From assembly GCF_964355755.1 (NCBI RefSeq), contig NC_092680.1, positions 5,890,001-5,954,000 on the forward strand: a stretch of 64,000 nt of DNA, read 5' to 3'. Below are positions 52,901 through 64,000 of the stretch, in pieces. The DNA comes from Antedon mediterranea. Lineage: Eukaryota > Animalia > Echinodermata. Made by a program: the position numbers and the translations under genes. Every line of letters begins with the position of its first letter. Position 1 is the stretch's first letter. Below the pieces are notes generated by a model. That model ran no database searches, was not told where the DNA came from, and worked only from the letters and a program-made list of their open reading frames with translations.

Positions 52901-55900
52901 TCTACTTTGCATGACAAGCAAACAATCTATTTCTCGTTAATACTAGTTCATTAGCTTAAACCACTTTCTCTTGTTTTTTTTTTATCTTCTTTCAAAACCA
53001 TTAACCATTACTGTAACTACTCAAAGTTGATCAAGTTTTAAAGACTTTAAGACTTTCAAATCCAAAATATTGTTTGTGAAATGGAAATCAAGGAAAATAT
53101 TACCAAGAAAGGTCAAATCTACTAAAACCTGTTGACACACTTTAATTACATAAATATCAATTCATTATTGCCTACTCATAATTATTACTAAAAGAAGAGA
53201 ACCAAGTATGGGTGGTATTACGCATGTTAACGTTACTCTCAAAGGAAATTAAAGTATTGATTGTATTAGATCTACCACACACATTTCTTTCCTGTAAACT
53301 TTCTCCTGACAATGACACCATGGGGGATCATATAAATACTAATACTCTCATAGTAATAAATAACTTCATTTCATGTTATAGTCATTTTTTTGTTTTTCAA
53401 ATTTGTTTTAGCATCTGAGAGATAAGCAAAAGAGTTATCGGTTGTTTGACGAGCATGCTGCCTATCAATATCCTGTAGATATTAGTCACTTTCAATTAGT
53501 AAAACTAATACTACACTAATATCTATAGATAAATCCAACGGCAAATTACTGATGACAATGCTGTGGGTATCAGTGGCTGGATCTCAATGAAGATACAGAA
53601 TAAAATGAGCAAAATCAAAATGATAATGTAAAACAACCAGAAACATTTGCATAGCTTTTGGGCGCAACACTAGCCCTTCATCTGTATCGTTCAATTTTCA
53701 TATGTCTAGACGGAGGTTTGCGCTCTTTAATTAAGTGCTCTTCTAATTCACTATACAATTTATTTGTTGATATTGAAATTGTTCCATTAAAGTATTGGGA
53801 AATATTGTTTACTTACAACTATAATTACATTGAATACATGTGTAGTAGTTGGTAGCTGATGGTTCAGCCTTGTTGAACATTTTAGCATAGCACTGTTTAG
53901 GTACCTCGCTGTGGAGAGAAAGAAACCCCATACAATATTACATTTTATAAGTGATAGGTGTGGAAGACACAAAGTTAAAATGAGATTTTCTTATTTAGAA
54001 ACTGTTCAAAAGGAATAAACATTTTCATTTAAATACATTCAATGACTAGAAGCCTTTAGATCATAAGGTTGAAAACAGTGCATTCATTCACTGTAGTCAA
54101 TTTTATGAAACATAAATACCTGATATTTTTATTTTATGTTTGTGTACCATGTACTTTTGTAAAAAGTTCATAAAATCACAGAAAAAAAAATTTCTCATTT
54201 GTATAAAAGATATTTCAACCACAGAAAAAAAAACTATTTTCTTGGTAAAGTCATTGCTAATGCTGTTTGTTTGTATAAAAGATATTTACAAGAAAAATTT
54301 TTTTTTTTATAACCACAAAAATGTTCTTGCCAAGATCCTTGCAAACGTATTTGTGCAGAAGTTTTGTTATTAAACAAATGTGAAGTTGAATGACTTTTAT
54401 AACTAGAAGGCCTTTAAACAAAAGCCAGAGTATAAATCTCTGTCTACACTATCAAACTAGTTTGACAAAAAAAGTGTGATCTGCCCAAATATGGTAGGGA
54501 TATTCCCAAATATGGTACTGATATGATCATCGTGGGCACATCACATTTTTTTTGTCACATAAAATTTGAGAGTTTAGACAGAGCTTCAATAATATACTAC
54601 AGACTTACAACTCTAGAAATACCCTGATAGGCAGAAACCGTATCAAAACTAGAATCATCTTTTCTACATTTTAGAATATATTCAGAAATTACATATTTTT
54701 CTAGAAAGAGAGAGATTTTAGGTCCGTACAAGGGTGTTTGGTAATTGGCAGATGAACCATTCTAAATACCTGCACAAAGTTACTGGTCCAATGATAACTA
54801 TCTCACAACCGGCTTGAGCATCAATCTCAATAAGAGGGCGACATTCTAGCGACATTACTATGACATCAGGATGCGCTGTCGTCTGATTGGCTATTGATAT
54901 TAGCATATCGTCTGTTATTTTAGAATTGTATTTTGTGAATGGTCTGAAACAAGGATTGTTAATTCATTCAACATTTATTTAGAAACAGTTCAAGAAATAA
55001 AAGACGAATACATTTACAATAACTTAAATGGTAACATTAAATAACTGTTTCTGGGATCGAAAAAGGAAGTAAATGAACTTAAGAACAACCCCTAAACAAG
55101 AAAATAACAAAAAAGCAACTGTGTGACAAATCATTAGCTAATGGTAGATCTATATTATAATCCTAAACAAATGCATAAATGTTTTAGATATTTCATTTAA
55201 TAATATTAATTGTTCTTGTCATTGTAAAACAAAATCATACCGAAGAAGTACAAATTTGACTGTATCAGCTGGAAAGCTAAACACACGTTCCCCCATTCCT
55301 GTTACCTCTTTTATAACCTCTGTTTTGATGTCAGAAACACTAGAGAAAATAAAATAGTTGATATATAAATTGACATATATAAATAATACTGAAATATGTT
55401 ACACAGTAGTGATAAATAAATATCTTTGAAATGATGAAACATACTGAAAATATGAAACTGAAAATATGATAACTACAACAAAGTGCTAAATTCTTTTTTT
55501 TCTTCTTGTTTGATTTTTGCCATATGATGATGATGAAAATGATAATGATGATGAAAATGATAATGATGATGATGACAATGATGATGATGAAAATGATAAA
55601 AATGATGATGATGAAAGAAAATACCTTGTCATGGGTTGTAAAATTTGATTCCTTAATTTTAAATCCTTTTTTAGGAACCTTACAGGAACTGCAACAGGAA
55701 GAACAGACGGATCTGGAAGAGATGTGCTTAGGAATCTAGGGAAGGAATACACAAAACAGGAATTAGTTTAAACATGATGTTGATGACATAATTAAGGGTG
55801 AAATATTCAATGCTATCTCATAGGTGTATTTTATTGCTAAAAATATGTTTTACAATTAGATTATTTTTGTAATTAGACCAATTTCAATGTTTCAAATATT

Positions 55901-58900
55901 AAGTGTGATAATGCAATTTATAAACGGTGGGTGTCTTTATAAATCAGAATATTCAATTTTAGAATCTCGGTTGGAATGGATGTTTTTCATCCTCACAGAT
56001 TCCATCATTTTTTAAAGGCCTATGCAACCGACTAGCCTTCATGATCTTACCTATCATAGGCATCAATAATCAGCAGGCCTATGCAACCGACTAGCCCTCA
56101 TGATCTTACCTATCATAGGCATCAATAATCAGCAGGCCTATGCAACCGACTAGCCCTCATGATCTTACCTATCATAGGCATCAATAATCAGCAGGCCTAT
56201 GCAACCGACTAGCCCTCATGATCTTACCTATCATAGGCATCAATAATCAGCAGGCCTATGCAACCGACTAGCCCTCATGATCTTACCTATCATAGGCATC
56301 AATAATCAGCAGGCCTATGCAACCGACTAGCCCTCATGATCTTACCTATCATAGGCATCAATAATCAGCAGGCCTATGCAACCGACTAGCCCTCATGATC
56401 TTACCTATCATAGGCATCAATAATCAGCAGGCCTATGCAACCGACTAGCCCTCATGATCTTACCTATCATAGGCATCAATAATCAGCAGGCCTATGCAAC
56501 CGACTAGCCCTCATGATCTTACCTATCATAGGCATCAATAATCAGCAGGCCTATGCAACCGACTAGCCCTCATGATCTTACCTATCATAGGCATCAATAA
56601 TCAGCAGGCCTATGCAACCGACTAGCCCTCATGATCTTACCTATCATAGGCATCAATAATCAGCAGGCCTATGCAACCGACTAGCCCTCATGATCTTACC
56701 TATCATAGGCATCAATAATCAGCAGGCCTATGCAACCGACTAGCCCTCATGATCTTACCTATCATAGGCATCAATAATCAGCTGGGTACTGGTCTTCAGC
56801 TCATTTCCTAAGGCTTCCTTCAAGGTTTCAAAACCCTCTTCTATTTCTGCAACTCGAATGGCAACTTCTACAATAAAAACAGAAATTTAAAACTTAAATT
56901 GTACTTAAGCTCTGTCTACACTATCAAACTTTATCAAGTTATTCATTAATTAAAATATTGCCATTTCTCGTATATTTTATTTTATGAACAGGGCTTTGAG
57001 AGCTTGCTTATATGCGCTACAGTATATAAGAGTGAATTATGTGACAAAAACATGTGATGTACCCATATATGGACATGATGATGTCATATCACTACCATAT
57101 TTGGGTATCACTACGATATTTGAGCACATCACACTATTTTTGTCAAACTAGTTTGATAGTGTAGACAGGCATTAATTCTATAAACCACACTTGTATTAAT
57201 ACAGTCTCAAAACCAAAAATTATTTCCTCACGCTTTTAAATGGTGTATTTGAATCACATGGTGTCCTGTTTTGCGAGGTTTTACTGTATAATACTATTAA
57301 CAATTATATGAAAATAATGGCGATATACAGTCCAAAAAAACACTATCAAGATAAAAGGTAGTGCATGTTTGTTTTATGCATTGTCTTTTTCTAGGGTTAA
57401 TAGTAAATAAATAAACAAGAAATGAATAAAGCATAGACAGAAATACCTTCATCAGTAAGGCTTCCCATTGTCTGCAACTGCTGTAAGCTACTCTGTTTAT
57501 CAGCTTCTGCAGTTGCTATGTGCTGTTCTAAGCCCATCTTTACATTCTTGTAAAACAACTCATGTTGGGCTAGGCTTTTGCTTAGATGTTCTAAAAAAAT
57601 TGGTAAAACAAAAGATGTTGAATGTTATATGTTTTCATTTGCAAATATAGATAAAGAGAGAATGGAACAATTTTCTGTGACTGACTGAATACTGTGGCCC
57701 TTCAAAATCAACAAATTTCGACCAAACACCCATATTTAACTAATCCATTGGTTAGATCTACTGGGACCATGGCAAATCAGACAGTGCAATCAAGACTAGT
57801 AGTAGTGGAGCTGTAGCTTTGTGATTAAAATGCTTGCCTTCCAATCCCACGGTCCAAGATTCAATCCTGACCTAGTGCCAGGGTTGTAACTCCACTCCCT
57901 AAGCCTGAAATGAGACTTTGTTTATAACACGATAAATTATTAAATAATTTATCCATCCTGTAATTGACGAGTTACTCGCTGTGTTGGATGCGTATGAAAT
58001 TTTTGTTAATAAATAAATAAAAGTCGCCATGAACTTACTTTGCAGAACCATTTCAACTGGTGTTTTCTCTCTGTGAAGGTTCTTGTTTTCTTGCTCATGA
58101 GCTAAAAAAAGAATAAAATAAAATTGTTTTTTTTCATCTGGAATTACACTTTATATTAACCTTTATATAAAACATAAAAGCGGAGTACTGAGGACAGAAC
58201 GTTATTATGGAACACACTCGCCAAAACAAAAGCCATGTCAAATTTTGAATGTAAACAAGATGCCTAATTATTACAAACCATCATCACATACATAGATTAG
58301 TACACACAAAATAACTCTGTACTGCTAATTGCAATAATGTATCGCTTTTGTTACAATTAAATATCAATCACCATGCTCAACAAATGTCACTAATTTAGAT
58401 GTACAGTTTATTTACATACATACAGTATAAAACTGGTTTTATGATCTAAATATGTGCTGTTATAGTTACTTAAAGCTCTGTGTCTACACTACCAAACTTT
58501 ATATAAAAAAAAATGTGATGTGCCCATTATATGTACATGTATTATTTTCTTTTTGGTTATCCGCACTTGGCGGATAACCCCTTGTTATTTTTTTTCGATA
58601 TTCTTCTTTCTTTCCACGAATTTTGTTGGCAGCGTATCTCTAATTCTGGCCAACATAAGATTGTATAACTTTGACATAAGATTGACCTGTAGCTGTAGAT
58701 GTGCAAGAAACTTCGTTTTATGATTTTAGAGTTGCGCAACGTGACTTACGCGCGATTTTATGAATTTCAATGATTGATCATAGATTAAAAACCAAAAGTC
58801 ACTTTGTATTGACACTTGGTGAAAATTTAAGTCATACCAAGGGCAAACTTTCTATGGATTAAAAATGGCATGTTTCACAGGAAGTTACGCACACACGCGC

Positions 58901-60956
58901 GTTTAAAATTTTAAAATGCGTAAAATCAACTTCTAATTAACTTTCATTTCATAAATTCCTACGCGTGCGCCATTTTTTTACGCGCGTGTACGCACGTAGC
59001 GCAAAGAAAGATTTTTTTTTTGCGTGATTTATGTTTTTCCAGCCTTTTCTAGTAGTTTTATCAACTTTTCAAACAATTTTGACTTAAAATCACGTCATAC
59101 GAGCACGTAGAATTGGACAATTTGCGCACGTTTTTTATGAAAAAGTTCAAAAATCCGTCAAAATTATGCCTTTTTTTAAACATTCATAGATTCTAAACTA
59201 CGTGATGAACTTTTTTTAAATTACATATTCTGAAAGTTGATGAGTTGTAGATATCGAATCATACATCAATATATGGCTAACCGGACATTGTGACGTCATC
59301 GTATGGCCACTCGAAGATAAAATATAGGATTTTTGTCTCTTTCGTCATAGCTCGGCACATTTAATAGAGCGCATCTCCACTTATCCGTATTCCATTTCCC
59401 TCTATTTTTTATATTGTCTAGGTCAATCAATTACCTTTCGCATAATTTACGATTTTTAAAATTGTTATGATGTCATCATGTGCAAAGGCGTCAATAACTT
59501 TTGTCACTTATTTTCACATATTCTGCACTGTATGTAGTATGTATACAATATATAGTGTATACTGTATATACTTAGACGTGACACAAATTAGAGAGCACAC
59601 TAAAATTGTTTCAATGGCATAATCGTTTTTCTGCGCGCAATATTCTAACGTATGACGTGCACGTGGCGTTTGCGCTGCGGATAACCTAACTCGTCCGTAG
59701 TGACGTTAGTTGTTTATGGGTCTTGCGTGACAAGATCCTCTATTAATGGTATTTTTTGTATTGTCTCATTATAATTACCACTCTTTTTTATTGTATTATA
59801 AATTATTATTATATCATTACCATATTTGGGTACCTCACACTTTTTTTGTCAAACTAGTTTTATAAAGGAGTTATGCTCTTTTGCAATATTTGACAAGGCT
59901 CTGTGTCAAACCACACCACAAACCTCAGACTGTCAGTAGGTCCGTCAATTAAATTTCATCAACTAGTTCATACACTGTACAGCAATAGTACCAATAGTAA
60001 CCAGCTATTACCTGCTTTAATGAGGTCAGAAAAATGTTGTTGTTCCGCTAACTTGGATTCTATTTTAACACTGGACAGAAGGCTATCAAACAGAGGGTCA
60101 AGGGTTATTTGAAAATGATGCAAACGTGCATTGCAGCAAGGACACTTGTGCCTGACAAAAAAAAAGTTTTCTTTTTAATATTTTGACAGATTGTAATAGA
60201 TTAGTATTAGAAAGAAACAATATTTATGATAATTTATAATAAATATTTAATAAGTTTTTTAAGTGTTTTTAAAACAACTACATCAACTACATCAAGTTTC
60301 TGTTTACCTGTTGTCTATGCAACCTCTAATGCATTTTTCACAGAAACGATGTCCACATGCTGTCAAGCAGGCTTTGGTGAAGTGGCACATACAAACAGGA
60401 CAATCAAGATGTGCCTCAATTGTAGACACCTGAAAAATAAGGATTACAATGGAATAACATGATTTATAATTAGGCCCAGGCCTACACATACATTGATGGG
60501 ATATTCATTCATATGAGATAACAAGTTCTAAAGAAAAGTAAAAAAGCAAATGAACATTCATTCATTTCTTTCAATTTAATTATTCCTAAATGCTTTCTTT
60601 AAAAAATTGCAATTTATTTTCAACACTATTATAATATAATATTGTTGAAAATATTATAAATTGCATTTTAAAGAATTGAAACCTGGGCTAAATCGTCTCG
60701 AGCCGAATAATTCCTGGCCGAATCGTCTCGGATTCTATACCAATACAGGGAGTACTACTAGTACTGTACCCTAAAGTCCTACTATACTGTACTACTAGTA
60801 TGGATGGTAGCCTAGATAGCTAGCTAGCTGCTAGGCCTAGCTAGGGCCTAGCTTACAGTTTAATTAAGTTAGCCTTATTAGAGTAGATATAATTATTATT
60901 ATCAAAATTTAACATACACTGATAGATAATGGAATATCTGCATTACGAGTATCCAT
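40919..60956 (-). CDS. Uncharacterised RING-finger (C3HC4) protein with helical/coiled region and C-terminal Cys/His zinc finger (UBR-box-like); putative E3 ubiquitin ligase; last exon not located
   Basis: Phase-consistent exons (approx.): 60956-60918 MDTRNADIPLSIS; 60429-60308 CPVC..CGHRFCEKC; 60151-60012 HKCPCC..DPLFDSLL; 58101-58039; 57589-57447 HLSKSLAQHELFY; 56867-56759 LKTSTQLIIDAYDR; 55735-55625 LPDPSVLPVAV; 55339-55240 VSDIKTEV; 54943-54770; 53909-53819 EVPKQCY..NYYTCIQCNYSW; 51789-51711 ICEVCKESCHIGH..YTPTW; 40949-40919 ACCYCLKKKT then gtaagt. The start Met is preceded by an in-frame TAG further upstream. Confidence 0.85.
42327..42475. mobile_element. Family-B MITE
   Basis: TIRs with TTA/TTA flanks. 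Confidence 0.8.
46098..49512 (+). mobile_element. Tandem pair of non-autonomous Helentron-type rolling-circle elements (HINE/DINE-1-like): ~46098-47987 and ~47988-49512
   Basis: 5' palindrome agttatccgc-ttagta-gcggataact. 3' subterminal inverted repeat gcggataactaa, then hairpin actcgtca-aag-tgacgagt and CTAG, set in T-runs. The two ~1.5-kb units are similar to each other. Confidence 0.8.
49513..50740. repeat. Long inverted repeat: arms 49513-49758 and 50492-50740 (~245 bp), ~730-bp spacer
   Basis: ttagttcttcgggcattagc...gatgatgttacagtttg is the near-exact reverse complement of caaactgtaacatcatc...gctaatgcccgaagaactaa. Confidence 0.92.
49860..50047. mobile_element. Probable pogo/Tigger-like MITE remnant (TA-flanked ...gagttgactgTA end); similar remnants near 35881, 40790-40856, 43779-43960, 57219-57288
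   Basis: tacagtagaac-type and gttgactgta-type termini with internal repeated motifs; degenerate. Confidence 0.45.
51057..51630. repeat. Degenerate 21-bp minisatellite (ttagttttccctaccactgac)
   Basis: About 18 diverged units, split by a family-A MITE. Confidence 0.9.
51290..51467. mobile_element. Family-A MITE inserted in a 21-bp minisatellite, TTA target-site duplication
   Basis: gac-TTA-[AGCGTGG...CCAAGCT]-TTA-gtt; the empty-site unit gacttagtt is visible in neighbouring repeats. Confidence 0.88.
52312..52476. mobile_element. Family-B MITE
   Basis: TIRs and core as above. Confidence 0.78.
52513..52887 (+). mobile_element. 5S rRNA-derived SINE (SINE3-type): degenerate 5S head 52513-52623, ~235-bp body, (AATAA)n tail
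   Basis: tacggctttaccacgttgaaacaccggttctcatcagatcaccgaagttaagcaacg...tggttag..cttgaatgggagacc..ctgggaata.cgggtgctgta matches eukaryotic 5S rRNA including boxes A/IE/C. There is no oligo-T terminator after it, and an A-rich tail follows the body. Confidence 0.85.
54436..54585. mobile_element. Family-B MITE
   Basis: TIRs and core as above. Confidence 0.78.
55523..55614. repeat. (ATG/GAT)n-type imperfect microsatellite in a RING-gene intron
   Basis: atgatgatgatgaaaatgataatg repeats; the source of the spurious poly-M and poly-S ORFs. Confidence 0.85.
56016..56782. repeat. Minisatellite, 13 x 59 bp, spanning an exon/intron junction of the RING gene
   Basis: Unit aggcctatgcaaccgactagccctcatgatcttacctatcataggcatcaataatcagc. 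767 bp equals 13 units; the only difference seen is one substitution in the first unit. Confidence 0.97.
56908..57170. mobile_element. Family-B MITE interrupted by ~100 bp of foreign sequence
   Basis: Left TIR at 56908; the core resumes at ~57037 (ttatgtgacaaaa). Confidence 0.7.
57807..58022 (+). mobile_element. tRNA-derived SINE (shares head and core with 40494 copy, different 3' tail)
   Basis: ggagctgtagctttgtg..gattcaatcc head; aactccactccc..agactttgttta core; catcc...ggatg stem-loop; aataaataaataa tail. Confidence 0.7.
58554..59712 (+). mobile_element. Third copy of the Helentron-type element, inserted inside a family-B MITE (58473-59850)
   Basis: Starts ggttatccgc-acttg-gcggataacc; the body matches 46200-47900; ends gcggataacctaactcgtc. 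Halves of the MITE lie on each side. Confidence 0.78.
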
Positions 60957-62559
60957 ACTTTTGCTTCGTCGTTCCAGGCAGTTAGGAAGTGATTTGTTTT
61001 TATTTTTTGTGTGTTTACGTTTAATTTCTGGCCACTTCTTTCTCTCACTTTTCTTTCTTTTCTTTTTGATTAATGGAGCATGCAAAAATAAACATGGTGG
61101 GCGCCCTCTAGTGTTTGTATCTGTCTACTGTACTATCCATTGTCTCTCATCATATCTCTGCCCATCTTTTTTCTCCGTACTTTCTCTATTTAGTGCTTCT
61201 TCGGTTTTCTTTTAGTTCAGAATATGCGTTTTTATTTTTTTAATCTATTACAAATAGCTATATTTTTCCTTCTTTTTCTATCACAATTATCATCCTTCTG
61301 TAAGTCTATGTCCAATTCATTTGTTTATCAAATTCTTTTTTAGGGAGTGCAGTATGACCATTATTTCGATATTCATTCATACTTTGTTTGTTGTTTTCTA
61401 ATCTCTCTTCCAAAATAAAAGAAAAACTATATGTATTTTCCATTAAAAAAACCTGTTGAGTTTCGAACTCAACCTAGAGCTGATAGTACTCCAACCAGAG
61501 CATAATACGTGACTGAACAGCTGATTCTATACGTGCTTCATATATCAAAGATGGTGTAGTACACTATTATCATTCATCATTAGGCCTACGTCATAATATG
61601 AATATTAACCTTATTAAAAGCAAGAAAGCTCGGCTGACAGAGTCAGCGTCGTGTTAATACACGAATGTCGTGGCCCTCGAATCACGCTAATCGGAACGTT
61701 CAATTGGTGGAATAGAGTTAAAGCTATGCGAACTAGTGTGTTTAGGGGGGTTACATGATTATGCTTCCCACTTTCCACCACATCATGAGGCGGTAACATC
61801 AATGCATCTGATGTCGTGGAAACGACCCCAAGGGTCAGTACTAAGGCTAAGGCACCCTTAACATCTTTTTGTTGTGGCTTCGCTATCTCGAACTCGTAAT
61901 TTTTTTGTTTAGCGCCCTCAATTTTAAGAATACACCCGTGTCAGAAAATTAAGAACAAATGAAATATAGACAATTTTGTTGAAATATGCCGATGTCTACT
62001 ACCCACTTGACCAACTTCGAATTTTGACTAATTCGCTGTCGGGTCAGGCCTTAGGCATTATGAAGCGAAGATTTTTAAGTAGAAAAAAAATCCACCTAAA
62101 AGTTGCTTCTAGATAGGTGATAATTGTAAATGTACAAATATTAAAATATGTAATTATGCTTTTTGTTCTGTTAAATTAACGTCATGGCGCCCCATGTATT
62201 TCTTACATTGCATGCTTTGCTGTCTCGCACTTTGACAAACAACACGATGCGATAGTTACTGAACTATATTTTGTTATATATTTTCAAATTATGTGTCATT
62301 GCCGGGGACCTAGCAGCTCTAGTTTCGGATCTCCCTATTTTTTTTCAAAATTTTTGCACCCTCCCAGGACAGAAAGCCTACGCCTTTTCATATACTATTA
62401 ATATTAACTATAATATATCTATTTCACATTATATTATATATTAGTTTTAGCCGGGTCATTTATTTTCGATTCTTCTTTCGAAACTTTTTTTTACTGAAAT
62501 ACTGTATCAGCATGGAGCTATAGCTCCATGGTATCAGCATGCAAAAAGAGCGACATTTA

Positions 62560-62690
62560 TTAAGCCGGCAAAACCCCCAAAACGAGGCAATAGTGACGTC
62601 ATCTCGTAAGATGGCCGACCTCTAGCAAAAACGAATGAAACTTGGAAGAGGATAATTTTCTGTGTAATATCGCTTTCCTGAAAAGGTTTG
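62560..62690 (+). promoter_or_regulatory. Possible promoter/first exon of a divergent plus-strand gene
   Basis: CRE palindrome tgacgtca (~62594), YY1-like aagatggc (~62608) and a candidate donor aaag|gtttg (~62686) in a relatively CpG-rich stretch upstream of the RING gene. Confidence 0.3.
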
Positions 62691-63704
62691 TTATGTATGG
62701 TCTAATAGATTTGTTGATGTAAAACTTCGTTTATTATATCAATATTAAAAGGACTATTTTTAGCTTGTATTGTCACAAAGAAGGGACTTAAATAGAAGCC
62801 TCTTGTAAATTGTGTCGGCCACCGTCAGTCAGACGATCCAAAACCACCCACCGGACGGGGCTGTTCCTGTCGCCTTTTTGTACAGTGGCGAAAGGAAACC
62901 CAATCATCCGTCACCATGTGGATTATCACTTTCTTTTTGTGATTCATTTCTTTGACCTCTAAAACAGGGATCGTCCACACGACCTAAGTTTGTTGACTAG
63001 GCCTAGGCCTGGTAGATATTAGTAAAACATGCCTAGCCTGGCCTCTAGGCCCTAGCACATAGAGTTTTACTAGGGTAGGCCTAGGCAACCAACCAACGAA
63101 TTATTTGTTAATTTTAATGTTTACAATATGTGGCTGGTAGCTGTGTTTGTGATGGTTTGAAGTGGTACCTAGTTGTGTTTGTGATGGTTTGTAGTGGTAG
63201 TTGATCATATTGATGAGAAGAAGTAGAGGACCAGGCATAATTTTTCAGTACGACTTGCATTCCCCTCCGCTCCACCTCCTGAAATCGGTCGCAAGGTGTA
63301 ATGAAAGCAACCTAACAGGATGAATGAGCCCAAGTAAAATTGATAAATCCAGTTATTTAACCTAAAACTCTCTAAATATTAAAAAAACAACATTGTATGG
63401 CAGATTTTTGGGGTTCGTAAATGATGGATACCATCACACCATACCATAGTCGAATGGACCATCATCGACCTATTAGTATTGCCCTACAGTAGTTTTATAA
63501 TACAGAAATCTTTAATATTAGTAAATAATGTCTGGTAATTATATGTTGGCTACTGTTTACCGAGTATTTAAACTCTTACCTTGAAACTGATACTATAATT
63601 TCAAATAAATTGACAAGAAATTGTGCGTTCTTTCAAGTGTTTTTGTAATCAAAACTACATCATGCTATGTATTTATTTTTATTAACATTTTTACTGGCAA
63701 GAAG

Positions 63705-63880
63705 TAGTAGTAACTATTATAAATCCAAAAGCAAATTACTGAAAAATGACAATGCTGGATAGTGGCTGGATCTCAATAGAGATACAAAATAAAATAAGCA
63801 AAAAGCTAAATCAAAACTATAAAGTAAAACAGCCAGGATAAGCAGAGCTTTCAAACAACACTTAGTCCTTCATCAGTTCA
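63705..63880 (-). mobile_element. Dispersed repeat with degenerate minimal hammerhead motif (Penelope/retrozyme-like remnant); second copy at 53497-53685
   Basis: The two regions align (aaatcc..gcaaattactga..tgacaatgctg..agtggctggatctcaat..gatac..aataaaat.agcaaaa). The minus strand reads CTGATGA-A-GGAC-loop-GTTT-GAAA-GCTC. Confidence 0.55.
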
Positions 63881-64000
63881 AGTAACTTTATTATAATAAA
63901 TATTTTTTATTTTAAAAATTTTAACAATTAACATTAATTAACAGGTTGAAATAATTCTAGGGCTATAGGTAAGGAAGGGATTCGTAAGGAAACTGAGAAA

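Noticed and set aside
55486-55752. Poly-Met and poly-Ser ORFs
   Set aside because: They are translations of an intronic ATG microsatellite; only 55625-55735 is a real exon.
56016-56782. CRISPR-like array
   Set aside because: The units are contiguous and identical with no unique spacers, there are no cas genes, and the context is eukaryotic.
60957-61400. Lys/Arg-rich N-terminal extension of the RING protein
   Set aside because: In-frame TAG and TAA lie upstream with no intervening ATG or convincing acceptor; treated as 5' UTR.

Overview
AT-rich, intron-containing animal genomic DNA. It is probably a marine invertebrate deuterostome, inferred from gene content. It is not prokaryotic, and most ORFs in the track are exon fragments or noise. 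I hand-spliced three minus-strand genes using GT-AG boundaries and intron phase. (1) A TRPM cation channel (~18684 to 4868) that ends just after the coiled coil, with no NUDT9-H or kinase domain. (2) A CCBE1 orthologue (29982 to 22151): signal peptide, EGF/cbEGF, collagen and acidic GSG tail. (3) An uncharacterised RING (C3HC4) protein with a helical region and a C-terminal Cys/His zinc finger (60956 to at least 40919; last exon unresolved). Introns and intergenic DNA hold many short TIR elements (mostly PIF/Harbinger-like, often nested), Helentron-type non-autonomous elements, a 5S-derived SINE, two tRNA-derived SINEs, LINE tails, degenerate minimal hammerhead motifs and several tandem repeats. 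The most unusual structure is a near-perfect 13 x 59-bp array that multiplies an exon/5' splice-site junction of the RING gene. I found no evidence of a wholly new multi-gene system. Coordinates were read by eye, so exon edges may be off by a few nt and repeat edges by more.
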